Shown here piece after piece: positions 9,725 to 20,400 of a stretch of DNA of 48,763 nucleotides; within the stretch, counting starts at the first letter, position 1; the number at the start of each line of letters is the position of its first letter. The DNA lies in IMG/VR virus record IMGVR_UViG_3300021961_000149, positions 1 to 48,763 of that record; one strand, 5' to 3'. Source of the stretch: a virus. Its lineage: Duplodnaviria; Caudoviricetes. The translations under genes and the position numbers were made by a program. The notes beneath the pieces were generated by a model, which was given only the letters and a program-made list of their open reading frames with translations, made no database searches and was not told the DNA's origin.

Positions 9725-11470
9725 TTAAAGGCTTTGTAACACAACCCAGTCATTATCATAGTACTCTGAAGCTAATTCTGTAATTTGGATGGCTGGATCA
9801 GATACTGATGCTGAAGGTCTGCCACAATATAAATTAAAATGGGTTAGAACCTCTGAAGATGTAATAGATCTATTATATATTGCTATATTATTATATAAAT
9901 TATCTGGACCACCAGAGACCTGATAATTAAATTGAAGTATTCCAGTTACTGGAGCATCAAATACTAGGACTATATGATGTGGCTCTCCTGCCACCAGGAA
10001 ATTGCTTATATTGGTCTGTGAGGTCTTATCTACCCCATTGACGTAAAACTTGCTTATAGAGGCCTTAGAGACCGTTCCTGACCCATTCCAGGCATACTTT
10101 GTGCCAGTAGTAGATTCAAAGAACAATGTATTTGCCCCTGTTGTTTTAGGAGTAAAAAATAACTCTACTGTATTTATGTTTAATCCAGTATTGATATTAA
10201 ATCCATATCCTGATACTGGTCTAATTCCATTTGTATAATGTCTAATCAGTGGAGAGTAATTTACAGATCCCACGCTAAAAGGATTAGATGAGTTAATATA
10301 GTTATTTGAATTGTCTGAATATACTAAAGATTCTCTATAGAATTTAATGGCAAAGAAGGATAGCCTTGGAAGAAATTTGCTGGCATCTGTTGTAGACATG
10401 GTAATTCTTGTATATAGGATACCGCTTGAATTAAATGATCCCGCTTTGTATTGAGGAATAGCGTCTCCATTAACACATGGCAAGTATGCAGTTCCGTCCA
10501 CGCTTGTTTCAACCGTGATACCTAAATCATTACGCCATTCAATTTTAGAATTAGTCAATCCGCTCTCTGTTGGAATAAATATAAAATCATTAATTACAAG
10601 AGTTCTGGGGGTTGACGTTTCTGTTGGGATAAAGGATATATATTTATTTTGTTCATCATAGTATGTATTTGAATCTAGTAACTCTTTCCAGTCTCTAGAT
10701 ATTCCATAAATATATTCAAAGTCTACTCTGTTATTTGCATCTGAGCAGGAAAAGAGTTGACCTTGTTCTGGATGAACTACGTGTATAGGTTGTATATAAA
10801 AATTAGCGTCATTATAATGTCTAGCAATTGATGTTGTTGGAAGACCATATCTGTATACCGCAGGAGCATCTACTATAAAGGAATCTCCAGCATCTGATGT
10901 TGGACCAATCTGAAGGTCTAAAGCAGTGTTTGTAAATTTAAAATTTGAATCTATAGACTTTACTGCAACTTGCTTGCCATCGATAAAAAGCTTAATTGAA
11001 TCTACTGAATATACTCCAGCAATATGTAGAGCTTTCTTTGAATATGAAAGTGCCCATCTTACCTGCTCTGTATTGGAAACCTTAAATATAATATCTCCTT
11101 TTTCCCAATATAAGCCAATGTTATCTGTCGGGTCGGCAAATAGGGTTGTAAGATTTGTAGATTGAATTGATGGGCTTATCCAAAGTTCTACTGTAAAATC
11201 ATTATCTGATGAGTACTTATTTCCAAGTCCGTTTGAAACAGATGAACCATAAAAGTCTTTTGATGTTGGAACTGTTATGTAGGCAGTATTGGTTATTTTA
11301 GTTCCTGATACTCCTCCTGGAATTAAAGGTAACATGCTAGAATCAGGAGATCCTACATAGGTAGCATTATTGCCACACCCAGATATATCTGTAGCAGTAG
11401 ACCCAGAACTTTCATCCAGAGGCCAGAAGCCTATTGGATAGTCCTTTATTACCTTTAATTGATAAGACAT
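9725..11470 (-). CDS. LamG/concanavalin-A-like domain virion protein
   Basis: PIGFWPLDESSG...DISG, FTVELWI and HIAGVY..LFIDG LamG signatures; second LamG-like repeat at the C-terminus. Confidence 0.75.
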   Translation of the reverse strand: MSYQLKVIKDYPIGFWPLDESSGSTATDISGCGNNATYVGSPDSSMLPLIPGGVSGTKITNTAYITVPTSKDFYGSSVSNGLGNKYSSDNDFTVELWISPSIQSTNLTTLFADPTDNIGLYWEKGDIIFKVSNTEQVRWALSYSKKALHIAGVYSVDSIKLFIDGKQVAVKSIDSNFKFTNTALDLQIGPTSDAGDSFIVDAPAVYRYGLPTTSIARHYNDANFYIQPIHVVHPEQGQLFSCSDANNRVDFEYIYGISRDWKELLDSNTYYDEQNKYISFIPTETSTPRTLVINDFIFIPTESGLTNSKIEWRNDLGITVETSVDGTAYLPCVNGDAIPQYKAGSFNSSGILYTRITMSTTDASKFLPRLSFFAIKFYRESLVYSDNSNNYINSSNPFSVGSVNYSPLIRHYTNGIRPVSGYGFNINTGLNINTVELFFTPKTTGANTLFFESTTGTKYAWNGSGTVSKASISKFYVNGVDKTSQTNISNFLVAGEPHHIVLVFDAPVTGILQFNYQVSGGPDNLYNNIAIYNRSITSSEVLTHFNLYCGRPSASVSDPAIQITELASEYYDNDWVVLQSL

Positions 11471-11485
11471 AATTAAATTATACTA

Positions 11486-11698
11486 TTACTCTGTTTCTGG
11501 TATAGGATCAGATTCCTCTTGCATTGCTTTAAAAGCTACTTCTAGAGGGTCTTCCCAAACCTGTGTTTCAGAAATAAATTCTACGTCTCTTCTAGAAACA
11601 TATCCGCCCTCTTTTTCAAGTCTATCGTCAGCAGCATCTTTATTTTCTGCTAATACCTGAATTAGAACCTTTATTTCATATGTGTAGCATTTTGTCAT
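11486..11698 (-). CDS. Hypothetical protein
   Basis: 70 aa acidic ORF with GAAAG RBS. Confidence 0.55.
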   Translation of the reverse strand: MTKCYTYEIKVLIQVLAENKDAADDRLEKEGGYVSRRDVEFISETQVWEDPLEVAFKAMQEESDPIPETE

Positions 11699-11784
11699 TA
11701 TTTTTTCTTTCTATTCTAATAAGTATAACTAAATGCTATACAAATATTTTAGATAATCATTTTACCATTTAACAAATGATAAGT

Positions 11785-11868
11785 CTAGAACGTAATTATG
11801 CCAGAAGACTCATCAAGTGGCCAAAAGCCAAGTGGGTAGTCTTTAATTACTTTTAGTTGATAGCTCAT
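11785..11868 (-). pseudogene. Truncated duplicate of the LamG gene 5' end
   Basis: Encodes MSYQLKVIKDYPLGFWPLDESSGIITF*; 22 of the first 23 aa match the start of 9725..11470. Confidence 0.75.
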
Positions 11869-11899
11869 AATTTTATTATATACTATTTATTTCTTTCTA

Positions 11900-13483
11900 T
11901 TAATAGCTGATTATAACAATTCCTGGCTTCTCATTGCCAGTTCCTGCTGATCCGCCGCTTCCGTAAGCGTTAGACCCATTAATTCCGCCATATGTTACAG
12001 ATGAACCTGAAATATCGCTGGTATAAGTTGTTCCAGTTCCATTTGCTCCGAAAGAACAACCTCCAGAACCTCCATCATATCGTATGGTTGCTGTAGCAGT
12101 CGGTCCAGAAATTGATGAAGATGGTTGATATGTACATGTAGAAGATCCATTACCCATACTTCCATTACAGTTATTATTAAATTCTGATACTCCACCACCA
12201 CCGCCGCCTGCAGTTGCTCCAAATCCAGTAGTTACGCATCCCTGTCCTCCAGATTGATTGTATGCAACAGCTTGTCCTCCTGCTGTACCAACTACAATAT
12301 TATATGTCTGACCTGGAGTAACCGATGTACTTGGACTATAAATAATTCCACCACCACCGCCGCCACCGCCTGGACCATTACCTCTTCCATTTCCACCACC
12401 ACCGCCGCCTCCTACCATTAATAATTTAATCAAAGAAACGCCCGCTGGTGCTGTCCAGGATGATGAAGATGTAAATGTTGTTATTGTTGGAGAGTTAACG
12501 GTTATGCTAAAACTTCTTGTTACAGTATTCAATCTATCTGAAACAGAAGCAACAAATGAGTACGTAGTGTTTGATACTGGTGCTGGAGTAATTCCAGATA
12601 TAACACCTGAAGAAGAAAGTGTCATATTTGGTGGAAGAGATCCGCTTACAATGGCATATGTTCTTGTATCATTTTCAGGATCAGTAGAAGACAGGCTAAG
12701 CGAAAATGTTTCTCTAGATCCTTCTGTTATTGTTGCAAGGGAGCCAGATGCCGTAGTCCATACTGGTGAAAGATTAGCTATAGATGTTATTGAAAATGAT
12801 CTTGGTATATTATTTAGACCATCAGAAGCTGTAATTGTAAATGAATATGTTGTATTTGAAACAATATCTGGAAGAAGTCCAGATATTAATCCTGATGAAG
12901 AATTTAAAGTTACTCCTGAAGGAAGAGATCCAGATGTTAAAGAATAAGTAATTGTAGCCGAATCTGAATCTGTAGCTGTAGCAGAAACCGAAACCGAAAC
13001 TTGTTCTTCAAACGACCCAAGAGATCCGCTAGCTGTTTGCCATACTGGACTTGCATTTACATATAGTGCGTCTGGAAGTAGTCCAAAAAGATTCGACGGG
13101 TTTGTGACCTTTATATCATACGGTTCATGTGTATTTGATAAATTATTAAAAACAGCTGTAACCTGCACCAATGAATTGTAGGATGTAGAGGTAGCTTCTA
13201 CTTGGACACCATTTGTTCCTATTGCTGATGCAATAGCCCCTGTAACAAAATTTGTTCCAGCAATGATAAAAGTTCCAGAATTTGTTTGTTCTGAATAGGC
13301 TCCAGTAATTCCTGAAACACCAGGAGTTTCTTGAACAATATTTTGCCAACCAGATGCTTGTGTCATAATTTCTAATCTTGCAGTTTCTCCATTAGCATAA
13401 AGTTGCCCGTATCCAGCATTTGCTGGCCTACCAGAGCTAACGCCGAATGGTATGCCTGATGAATTTGATTTTCTAATAGCCAT
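11900..13483 (-). CDS. Fibre/adhesin protein with Ig-like repeats and glycine-rich C-terminal domain
   Basis: TYSLTSGSLPSGVTLNSSSGLISG repeats; VGGGGGGG domain; start MAIRKS coupled by TAATG. Confidence 0.7.
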   Translation of the reverse strand: MAIRKSNSSGIPFGVSSGRPANAGYGQLYANGETARLEIMTQASGWQNIVQETPGVSGITGAYSEQTNSGTFIIAGTNFVTGAIASAIGTNGVQVEATSTSYNSLVQVTAVFNNLSNTHEPYDIKVTNPSNLFGLLPDALYVNASPVWQTASGSLGSFEEQVSVSVSATATDSDSATITYSLTSGSLPSGVTLNSSSGLISGLLPDIVSNTTYSFTITASDGLNNIPRSFSITSIANLSPVWTTASGSLATITEGSRETFSLSLSSTDPENDTRTYAIVSGSLPPNMTLSSSGVISGITPAPVSNTTYSFVASVSDRLNTVTRSFSITVNSPTITTFTSSSSWTAPAGVSLIKLLMVGGGGGGGNGRGNGPGGGGGGGGIIYSPSTSVTPGQTYNIVVGTAGGQAVAYNQSGGQGCVTTGFGATAGGGGGGVSEFNNNCNGSMGNGSSTCTYQPSSSISGPTATATIRYDGGSGGCSFGANGTGTTYTSDISGSSVTYGGINGSNAYGSGGSAGTGNEKPGIVIISY

Positions 13484-13887
13484 TATAAAAAGCTCCATCC
13501 TAGGGTTGTACCCGTATAAACTAAACTTGATACTGATTGATCAACATCTATTATAGCATCTACTGTTAATCCATTAATCTTATTGCCGTTTCTTGCTACG
13601 GTTATATTATTTGTTCCCGCCGATCCTGTTGCATCAAATATAATTATTTCTTGACCTAATGTTGGAGATGCAGGAAGTGTCAATGTTCTTGCTGCTGTTG
13701 TATCTACAAAATATCTGCGTCCCGCAACCAATGTTGTGTTTGCAGATATAGCAAGATTTACCTCTTGCTTATATGAAGACAATGTTGAATTTAGAGAAGC
13801 AGTATCTACATAGTCTCCTGGAAGGGCTGCTTGAACTCCAACCTCAACCCATTCTGTTCCGCTCCATACTTTAATTACTTTAGCCAT
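13483..13887 (-). CDS. Short fibre-type protein
   Basis: TLVAGRRYFV..TLPASP..ARNGNKING module also found at the C-terminus of 17492..21280. Confidence 0.65.
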   Translation of the reverse strand: MAKVIKVWSGTEWVEVGVQAALPGDYVDTASLNSTLSSYKQEVNLAISANTTLVAGRRYFVDTTAARTLTLPASPTLGQEIIIFDATGSAGTNNITVARNGNKINGLTVDAIIDVDQSVSSLVYTGTTLGWSFL

Positions 13888-13889
13888 AA

Positions 13890-14135
13890 CTAATCTACCT
13901 CAATCTTAGACAATATTCCTAAATCTATTATATCTTCTATACTTATTAAATTTAATCCTGTGGTATCAAAATCTCCGTCTGTAAAACTTGCAACAACTCT
14001 AGGGTCTGAATCTATTATGCTTAATTTAGCTATAGTATATTCTGTTGTAGATCCATCTTCTGATGGTATTCCTAGAAGAGTCTTAATCTCTGAGTGCCAT
14101 GAATTAAAATCTTCTATATTATTAAATAGTATATA
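13890..14135 (-). CDS. Hypothetical protein (possible fibre chaperone)
   Basis: Small acidic ORF following a fibre gene; start uncertain. Confidence 0.45.
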   Translation of the reverse strand, partial: YILFNNIEDFNSWHSEIKTLLGIPSEDGSTTEYTIAKLSIIDSDPRVVASFTDGDFDTTGLNLISIEDIIDLGILSKIEVD

Positions 14136-14137
14136 CA

Positions 14138-15673
14138 CTACACACCCCACTTAGTTGTAAAATATGTTTCTACTGCTGCAACATCTACGCTTGAACTATT
14201 ATATATCAATATTTCTGCAATCTCGCCTTTTGCCAAAAATGTGGTGTCGCCAGGCATATAAGCTCCTATTGTTTTAATTGGAGCTGTTGGGGCAAATCCC
14301 GATCTATTAAATGATCCTGCTCCTGATTTATTCCATCTCAAAGAACCACTCGATGTTCCGCTCCATACAAGGGAAGTCTGTCTCCATAAATTATTTTCTG
14401 ATGTAGACAGAATGTTGCCATCGGCCAACATAGAAGCTTGAGCTGTTTTATCAACATTTAATCTATAATTATTTTTTTGAACATACCAGGAAACTCCGCC
14501 ATCATCTGATCCAATTATTGCAGATCCTGATATAGAATTAAGAAAATTAGATTTAACTACAGCAAAAATAGCAAAGTTATTTGCTAGGGTTGTTGTATTT
14601 GCAATATTAAACATATCATTTGTTCCATCAAATAATATTGTATTTTTTCCATTTAGTCCTGAAGAAACAATCGTTGGCTGGAATGAAGCCGTGCTCTGTG
14701 TAGCATGTTTTGTGTTTCCACTTTTATCATTCCATTGTGTAATATTAGATCCGCTAAGAGTTATTGTTGAAGCGTCACTTGAATCATACCAGGCAAAAAG
14801 ATTAGTCTGTGGTGGAAGAAGCTCTACTGCTGTAATTGAATTAGAAGCAGCAGAAAGTTCTGACATTCCATTAGCATTTGCCGCTGATATTTTAAAAGTA
14901 TATGGAGTTCCAGTGTTTACTGAAATGTTTGCCGATGTACTAGTTCCTACGTTAGTAGAATCAATAAGGGTAGAGCCTGAAAACTTATGTACTGTATAAG
15001 AAGTAATTGCAGATCCACCTGTTGCTCCTGCTGTCCAGGTTACATATGCCGTTGTGCTTCCTACAGCAGTTGCAGTTCCAATTGTTGGAGCTTGAGGAAC
15101 GGTTGTAACTGTTACTGTAGATGATGTAACTGGAGTAGATGATCCATAAAGATTTGTTGCTGTTGCTGTAAAAGTATATTGTGTTGAAGACTGAAGTCCG
15201 TCAAATATTGCGTATGCTGTATTTGCTGTATATGTTGTAGTAGTTGGTGTTGATGTAATTGTATAAGTTCTTCCAGGAACTACAGGGAATCCAAGATCTA
15301 CCTCTACCGCTCCATTATTAAATGCTCTTCCAGTTCCAACATTTGTAGGGGTTACTGTAAGATTAGATGGATTTGCTCCCACCTTTTCCCATCCATATGT
15401 AGAGCTATATACTTCTATATATCCAGTTGTTGTATTTGAATAAACGTCTCCGTTTGAAGATAAAAAATTTGTTGGTCTTTCTATTAATGGGCCAGAATTA
15501 ATTCCTTTATTCAACTGAACATAAGTTTGTGTTGCAAGATCGGCAGTGTTAGCTATTCCGTGTACAGATGATGTAGCATTATTATGTGCTGCAATAGCTG
15601 CTGTGACTTCAGCATCAGTTGATGCCGCCGTATTTGAGCTAAATAAATTTGCTATATCTCTGGCTTTAGACAT
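14138..15673 (-). CDS. Fibre protein with fibronectin type III and LamG-like domains
   Basis: PQAPTIGTA..VTWTAG..GGSAITSY FN3 pattern; WYDSSD...WNDKSGN LamG-like pattern. Confidence 0.7.
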   Translation of the reverse strand: MSKARDIANLFSSNTAASTDAEVTAAIAAHNNATSSVHGIANTADLATQTYVQLNKGINSGPLIERPTNFLSSNGDVYSNTTTGYIEVYSSTYGWEKVGANPSNLTVTPTNVGTGRAFNNGAVEVDLGFPVVPGRTYTITSTPTTTTYTANTAYAIFDGLQSSTQYTFTATATNLYGSSTPVTSSTVTVTTVPQAPTIGTATAVGSTTAYVTWTAGATGGSAITSYTVHKFSGSTLIDSTNVGTSTSANISVNTGTPYTFKISAANANGMSELSAASNSITAVELLPPQTNLFAWYDSSDASTITLSGSNITQWNDKSGNTKHATQSTASFQPTIVSSGLNGKNTILFDGTNDMFNIANTTTLANNFAIFAVVKSNFLNSISGSAIIGSDDGGVSWYVQKNNYRLNVDKTAQASMLADGNILSTSENNLWRQTSLVWSGTSSGSLRWNKSGAGSFNRSGFAPTAPIKTIGAYMPGDTTFLAKGEIAEILIYNSSSVDVAAVETYFTTKWGV

Positions 15674-17492
15674 ACTGTGTGCCGTTCCATACTTGTCCAG
15701 CTCTTACTCTTCCATTTGCAAAACCACCTTTGGGAGCGTTGATAGAATAGATAGAAGCTCCAACTCTCCATGCTCCCGTATACGCAGTACTCCACTCTTT
15801 AACTAGACCACTGTTTTTTCTATAAGCCTTCACGTCGCCATTTGCATAAACCGAAATAACAAAAGTTTCTCCGTTGGTCCATGGGCCTCCCGTAGATCCG
15901 TCTGATGTTGGGTCAAACCACGATAGGTTGTCAGTTCTATATGGATATAACGAGTAAAATGCTCTATATCCTTCGTTAGATAAATTTGGAACTGAAGCAG
16001 TTCTTCCAACACCGATCATCTTGTATGAATTACCATCATCGGTACCATTTGATGCAGCTTCTGCGCTAAACTCAAATGAAAACGGAGCTGTGAGGTCAGA
16101 ATTATTATATACATTATGTGCCCAAGATGAGTTATTGTTTGTCTTGTAAACTGAGGATGTTGACGTACCATTTCCTGTTATAGAATAGGTTGCGCCACCC
16201 GCTGTAAGCCATGTAATAGGAATAAATCCTCCAGAAAATAAGGTAAATGCTTTATCTGTAAAGTTTCCTGCTAAATCAGTAGCCCGAACAGTAAATGAAG
16301 ATGTTTCATTTAATGCAGATGTTGTTCCTGAAATTAATCCAGAAGATGAAAGAGATAATCCACTATGTAGCGATCCTGAAATAATTGAATATGATATCGT
16401 ATTATCATCTGTAACAGAAAGCTGATTAGAATAAGCTTCGTTTGAAATTGACGCAGTTAGTGTAGCTCCAGTATTCCACACTGGATTTAATGAAAATAGT
16501 CTGAATGTTCTATCTACAGTGTTGCCACCTGTGTCTACTGCTCTTATAACTAAATTTGTAGTATTGAAATCTGAACCAGTGTATGTTCCAGACAACACAC
16601 CTGTTTCACCATTTAATGTAATTCCAGAAGGCAAGGATCCAGAAACAATTGAATAGTCAATGTCTGTTCCTTCTGTATCTGTTGCTACCAGTGTTGTTGT
16701 ATACGCAACATTTTTTGCAATTTCTGGAAGAGTTGTGTCTGTTGTCCAGTTAGGTGTAGTACCTGCTGTAATAGCATTATTTAATATGTGAAGGCTGGAT
16801 CCTGTTGGTCTTGTGACCCCTGGATTTTCTACTACAACCTTATATGTGCCAAGCTGTGTTGAAAATGTATCTGGTCTAGTTACTATTAATTGAGAGCTAG
16901 ACGATCTAACAATTGACTTTGCTGGTATCTCAACATTATCTGAGCCTACAAAATATACTGCAACATTTGAAGCAAAGTTTCCACCTACAAGTGTAGTAGT
17001 GTCATCAATTGAGTTTAATGCTGTTGGAGTAACCGATGTAATAAATGCTCCCGCCGTTACTTGTGATGTAGTGTTAGTTGCTGTAAATGTTGTCTTGTAG
17101 CTAAATGATAGTAAGTCTCCAGTGGATCCTCCTACAACAACAATTTTATTAAAGTTGCCTGTTGCGTTTAATGATGGGGATTTTGTATATCCTGCTAGAT
17201 TTCCCAGTGTGTCGTAAACATAAATATCATAAGATGAATCAAGCAAGGCTGAAGCAATTGTATATGCCCCAGCAAAATACTCTTTTGTAAATGTTGAAGT
17301 GGTAACTGCTCCATTTAAGGTTACGTTAAAGTCATTTGCACCTGTTGCTGGAAGCCAGCCTGATGCTGTATAAATCTCTTGTACGCCAAGCGTACCATTA
17401 AAATAAGTTTGACCAATTAATGGACTTGCAGGTCTTGTCTCAGATGTACCAAATGGGGTACCGACCATTGTAGACATTCTAATATCAGTCAT
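15666..17492 (-). CDS. Fibre/adhesin protein with Ig-like repeats
   Basis: N-terminus paralogous to 11900..13483; YSIVSGSLPSG repeats; start MTDIRM via TAATG. Confidence 0.7.
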   Translation of the reverse strand: MTDIRMSTMVGTPFGTSETRPASPLIGQTYFNGTLGVQEIYTASGWLPATGANDFNVTLNGAVTTSTFTKEYFAGAYTIASALLDSSYDIYVYDTLGNLAGYTKSPSLNATGNFNKIVVVGGSTGDLLSFSYKTTFTATNTTSQVTAGAFITSVTPTALNSIDDTTTLVGGNFASNVAVYFVGSDNVEIPAKSIVRSSSSQLIVTRPDTFSTQLGTYKVVVENPGVTRPTGSSLHILNNAITAGTTPNWTTDTTLPEIAKNVAYTTTLVATDTEGTDIDYSIVSGSLPSGITLNGETGVLSGTYTGSDFNTTNLVIRAVDTGGNTVDRTFRLFSLNPVWNTGATLTASISNEAYSNQLSVTDDNTISYSIISGSLHSGLSLSSSGLISGTTSALNETSSFTVRATDLAGNFTDKAFTLFSGGFIPITWLTAGGATYSITGNGTSTSSVYKTNNNSSWAHNVYNNSDLTAPFSFEFSAEAASNGTDDGNSYKMIGVGRTASVPNLSNEGYRAFYSLYPYRTDNLSWFDPTSDGSTGGPWTNGETFVISVYANGDVKAYRKNSGLVKEWSTAYTGAWRVGASIYSINAPKGGFANGRVRAGQVWNGTQYV

Positions 17493-20400
17493 TATCCCAC
17501 CTTCCATCCATAAGTAGAGCCAGTATAAAGCAGTGTAGTCCAGGCACCATTCATATCTATAATTAAGTTTCCAGTTCCGCCGTTGATCTTATTGCCATTT
17601 CGGGCCACTGTTATATTATACGTCGAAGCGTTTCCAGATGCATCTAGTATCTGAATTTCATCATTTAAAGCTGGGCTTGCTGGAAGAGTCAATGTTAAAG
17701 CAGATGCCGATGTAACAAAATATCTCTTCTTAGCTACCAATGTAGTATTTGTTGAAATAGATAATGGGGCAACTGAAGTATTTGCAGCCAAAAGAGCGTC
17801 TGTCTCTGCCTGAGTATATGTAGATACTGAATTAGCTCCAGTTACTGTTACTATTTCAATAATATCTGATACTGCCGCCCCAGATGTAAGAGTTACTGTA
17901 TTGCTATTTGATGTAGCGTAGTCTGTAGTTTTTACAAGAAGAAGGCCGTTCATAAAGACCTGCTCAAATCCATCAATAAATGGAACATCTGTTGTAAATA
18001 TTGTTTGTCCAGCAGTTGCTGTGACAGTCTTTCTACGAATAATATTAGAGTCAAATGTTGTTACGTTTTCATCTGAGTCAATCCAGATCTGACCAATTTC
18101 TGGAGATGTTGGAGCGGTTGTCTGATAGAGAGCACCTGGTTGTGTAGATGCATCAATCTGATCAATAACGAATGCTGTAGTTGCTACTTGTGTAGTATCT
18201 GTTCCTACTGCTGGAGTAATTGTAAACATAGCTCCAGTTGAATCAACTTTAGATAAAACTGTTCCCGCACTATTCTGCCATTCCTGTAAGTTGGCAGATT
18301 GTGATGCTGCGCCTTTGACGATAAACGCTACAGCGCCTGCAGTTGATTGCGTAACACGTACTTGGTTTGAATCCAATTGAATAAAAGCACCGCTTGATGG
18401 TGTAACTTGTGGACGAATTGAGTAAGTCCAAATATTTTGCCCGCTTGAATCAATTCTTGTAAGCACCGTACCAGCACTATCCTGCCACTGCTGTAGGTCG
18501 GTAGTCTGACTTGACAATCCTTTAACAACTACAGTTGCATAAGGTGAACCAGTAACATTTGAAAAGAAATTATAGGCAGTTGCAGAGTTCTTTAATGCAC
18601 CAGTATAAATTGCGCTAAGAGTGGCTCCGCCACCACCATCGATACTTGCAGCACCGCCAGCAAATACACCTTGTGCAAATGTGCCAATACCACTGGCATC
18701 AACCTTAGCAAGAACCGTACCAGCACTGTTCTGCCATTGCTGCAAGTCTGCAGTTTGGGAGGCAACGCCTTTTAATGAAAAACTTCCATTGTTTCTAAGG
18801 ACCATTCTTTCATATGTATTATTAGGCCCACCGTACCAAATGTGTCCACCAAGTCCGCTAGCATACGCAGTATAATATCTTAAATAACCTCCTTCTGCAG
18901 AAAATCCATATGCAGCATCTCCAATTGTAACGGTTGGATACTGATATTGATAATTTCCTGCACTCAGGCTTGCTACACCAGTTGGTCCAATGCTTGAAAC
19001 AATAGACCCAGCACTATTTTGCCACTCTTGGAGGTTAGCAGTTTGTGAGGCGGCGCCTTTGACGATGAGGCCGACATTTGCTGCAGCCCTGGTATTGACC
19101 AAGATTCCTGAAGTGCTTGCTTGCATATTTAGATACGACCCTGTGCCGTTAACATCACGAAGTCCTGAAACATAGGCGTATCCAAGTGTGGCGTCACCTG
19201 TAGAAGTTACCTTTGCCAACACAGTCCCAGCACTATTCTGCCACTGTTGAAGGTCGGCGGTTTGGGAGGCTACTCCACGAATTATTGCACCAACCTGAGT
19301 TGTTGCCCTAGTGGTTATATTTACCGTTGCCCCACTAAATGGAGCATTTCCGTGGAATGAGTTACCTCTTGCCTCAAAATCACCTGGAGAAATAATTCTG
19401 TTTGCTGATTGAATACTGCCTTCTGCGTTTATAAATCCAAGTGTGGTACCGCTTGAGTTTTGCCACTCAACAAAATTGGCAGTTTGAGAGGCAATGGCTC
19501 TAATTGTAAGTTGTGGTTTTGTAGTTGAATAAGTACCTAGTTTAAGATAACCTTGTGTTCCAGTTGTGTAATCTGGTCCTACATTTGCTTCTGACAGATA
19601 GGCTCTTGTTGTTGCAAAATGACCTGAAGAATTTACGCTTGAAATTACAGTTCCAGTAGAGTCCTGCCACTGCTGCAAGTCAGAAGTTTGAGAGGCAGTT
19701 GCTCGAACAATTAAATCAACTGTAGACGTGCCAGATGCGTTGATTATGTTTTGAGCAGTAAAAGTATTAGCAGTAGCAAGGTATGGCACGCCAGTAATTG
19801 CTGAACCTGCTGGGATTGTTACGGTACCAGTAAATGTTGGTGAAGCAATAGGTGCTTTAGTAGCAAGTGAGTTAGTTACTGTAGTAGCAAAGTTAGCATC
19901 ATCTCCAAGAGCCGCTGCTAATTCATTTAAAGTATCTAATGTTGTTGGAGCTGTATCAACTAGATTAGATATAGCTGTTGATACATAGTTCTCTGTGGCA
20001 TATCCAGTCAAACTTGGAATAGTTGGTTTTCCATTTAACTGATCATATGTAATATTTGGAATATCTCTTCCATCGATATTTAATCTTTTGCCGCTTCCTA
20101 GAGAAGTCCAATATGTGGTGTTTGATGTTGGTATACTTTCATTTTCAAAATTAGCAACATAGATATTTCCACCGTCATAAACTATATCTCCAATTAAATA
20201 TCTTGTATTTTCTCCGTTTGCAAGAAGTGTATGATTTGCAGTCCATTGAGGTGCACCTAATACTATATTTGGCTTATTTGTTAAATCGGTATATGATCCG
20301 CTAAAAAGTTGTGTTGTAAGAGCTAATGTTCCGCTGGCATTTGGAAGAGTTACTGTAATATCTGATGTTACATCTGGAGCCTGTAAGGTTAATTCATGGG

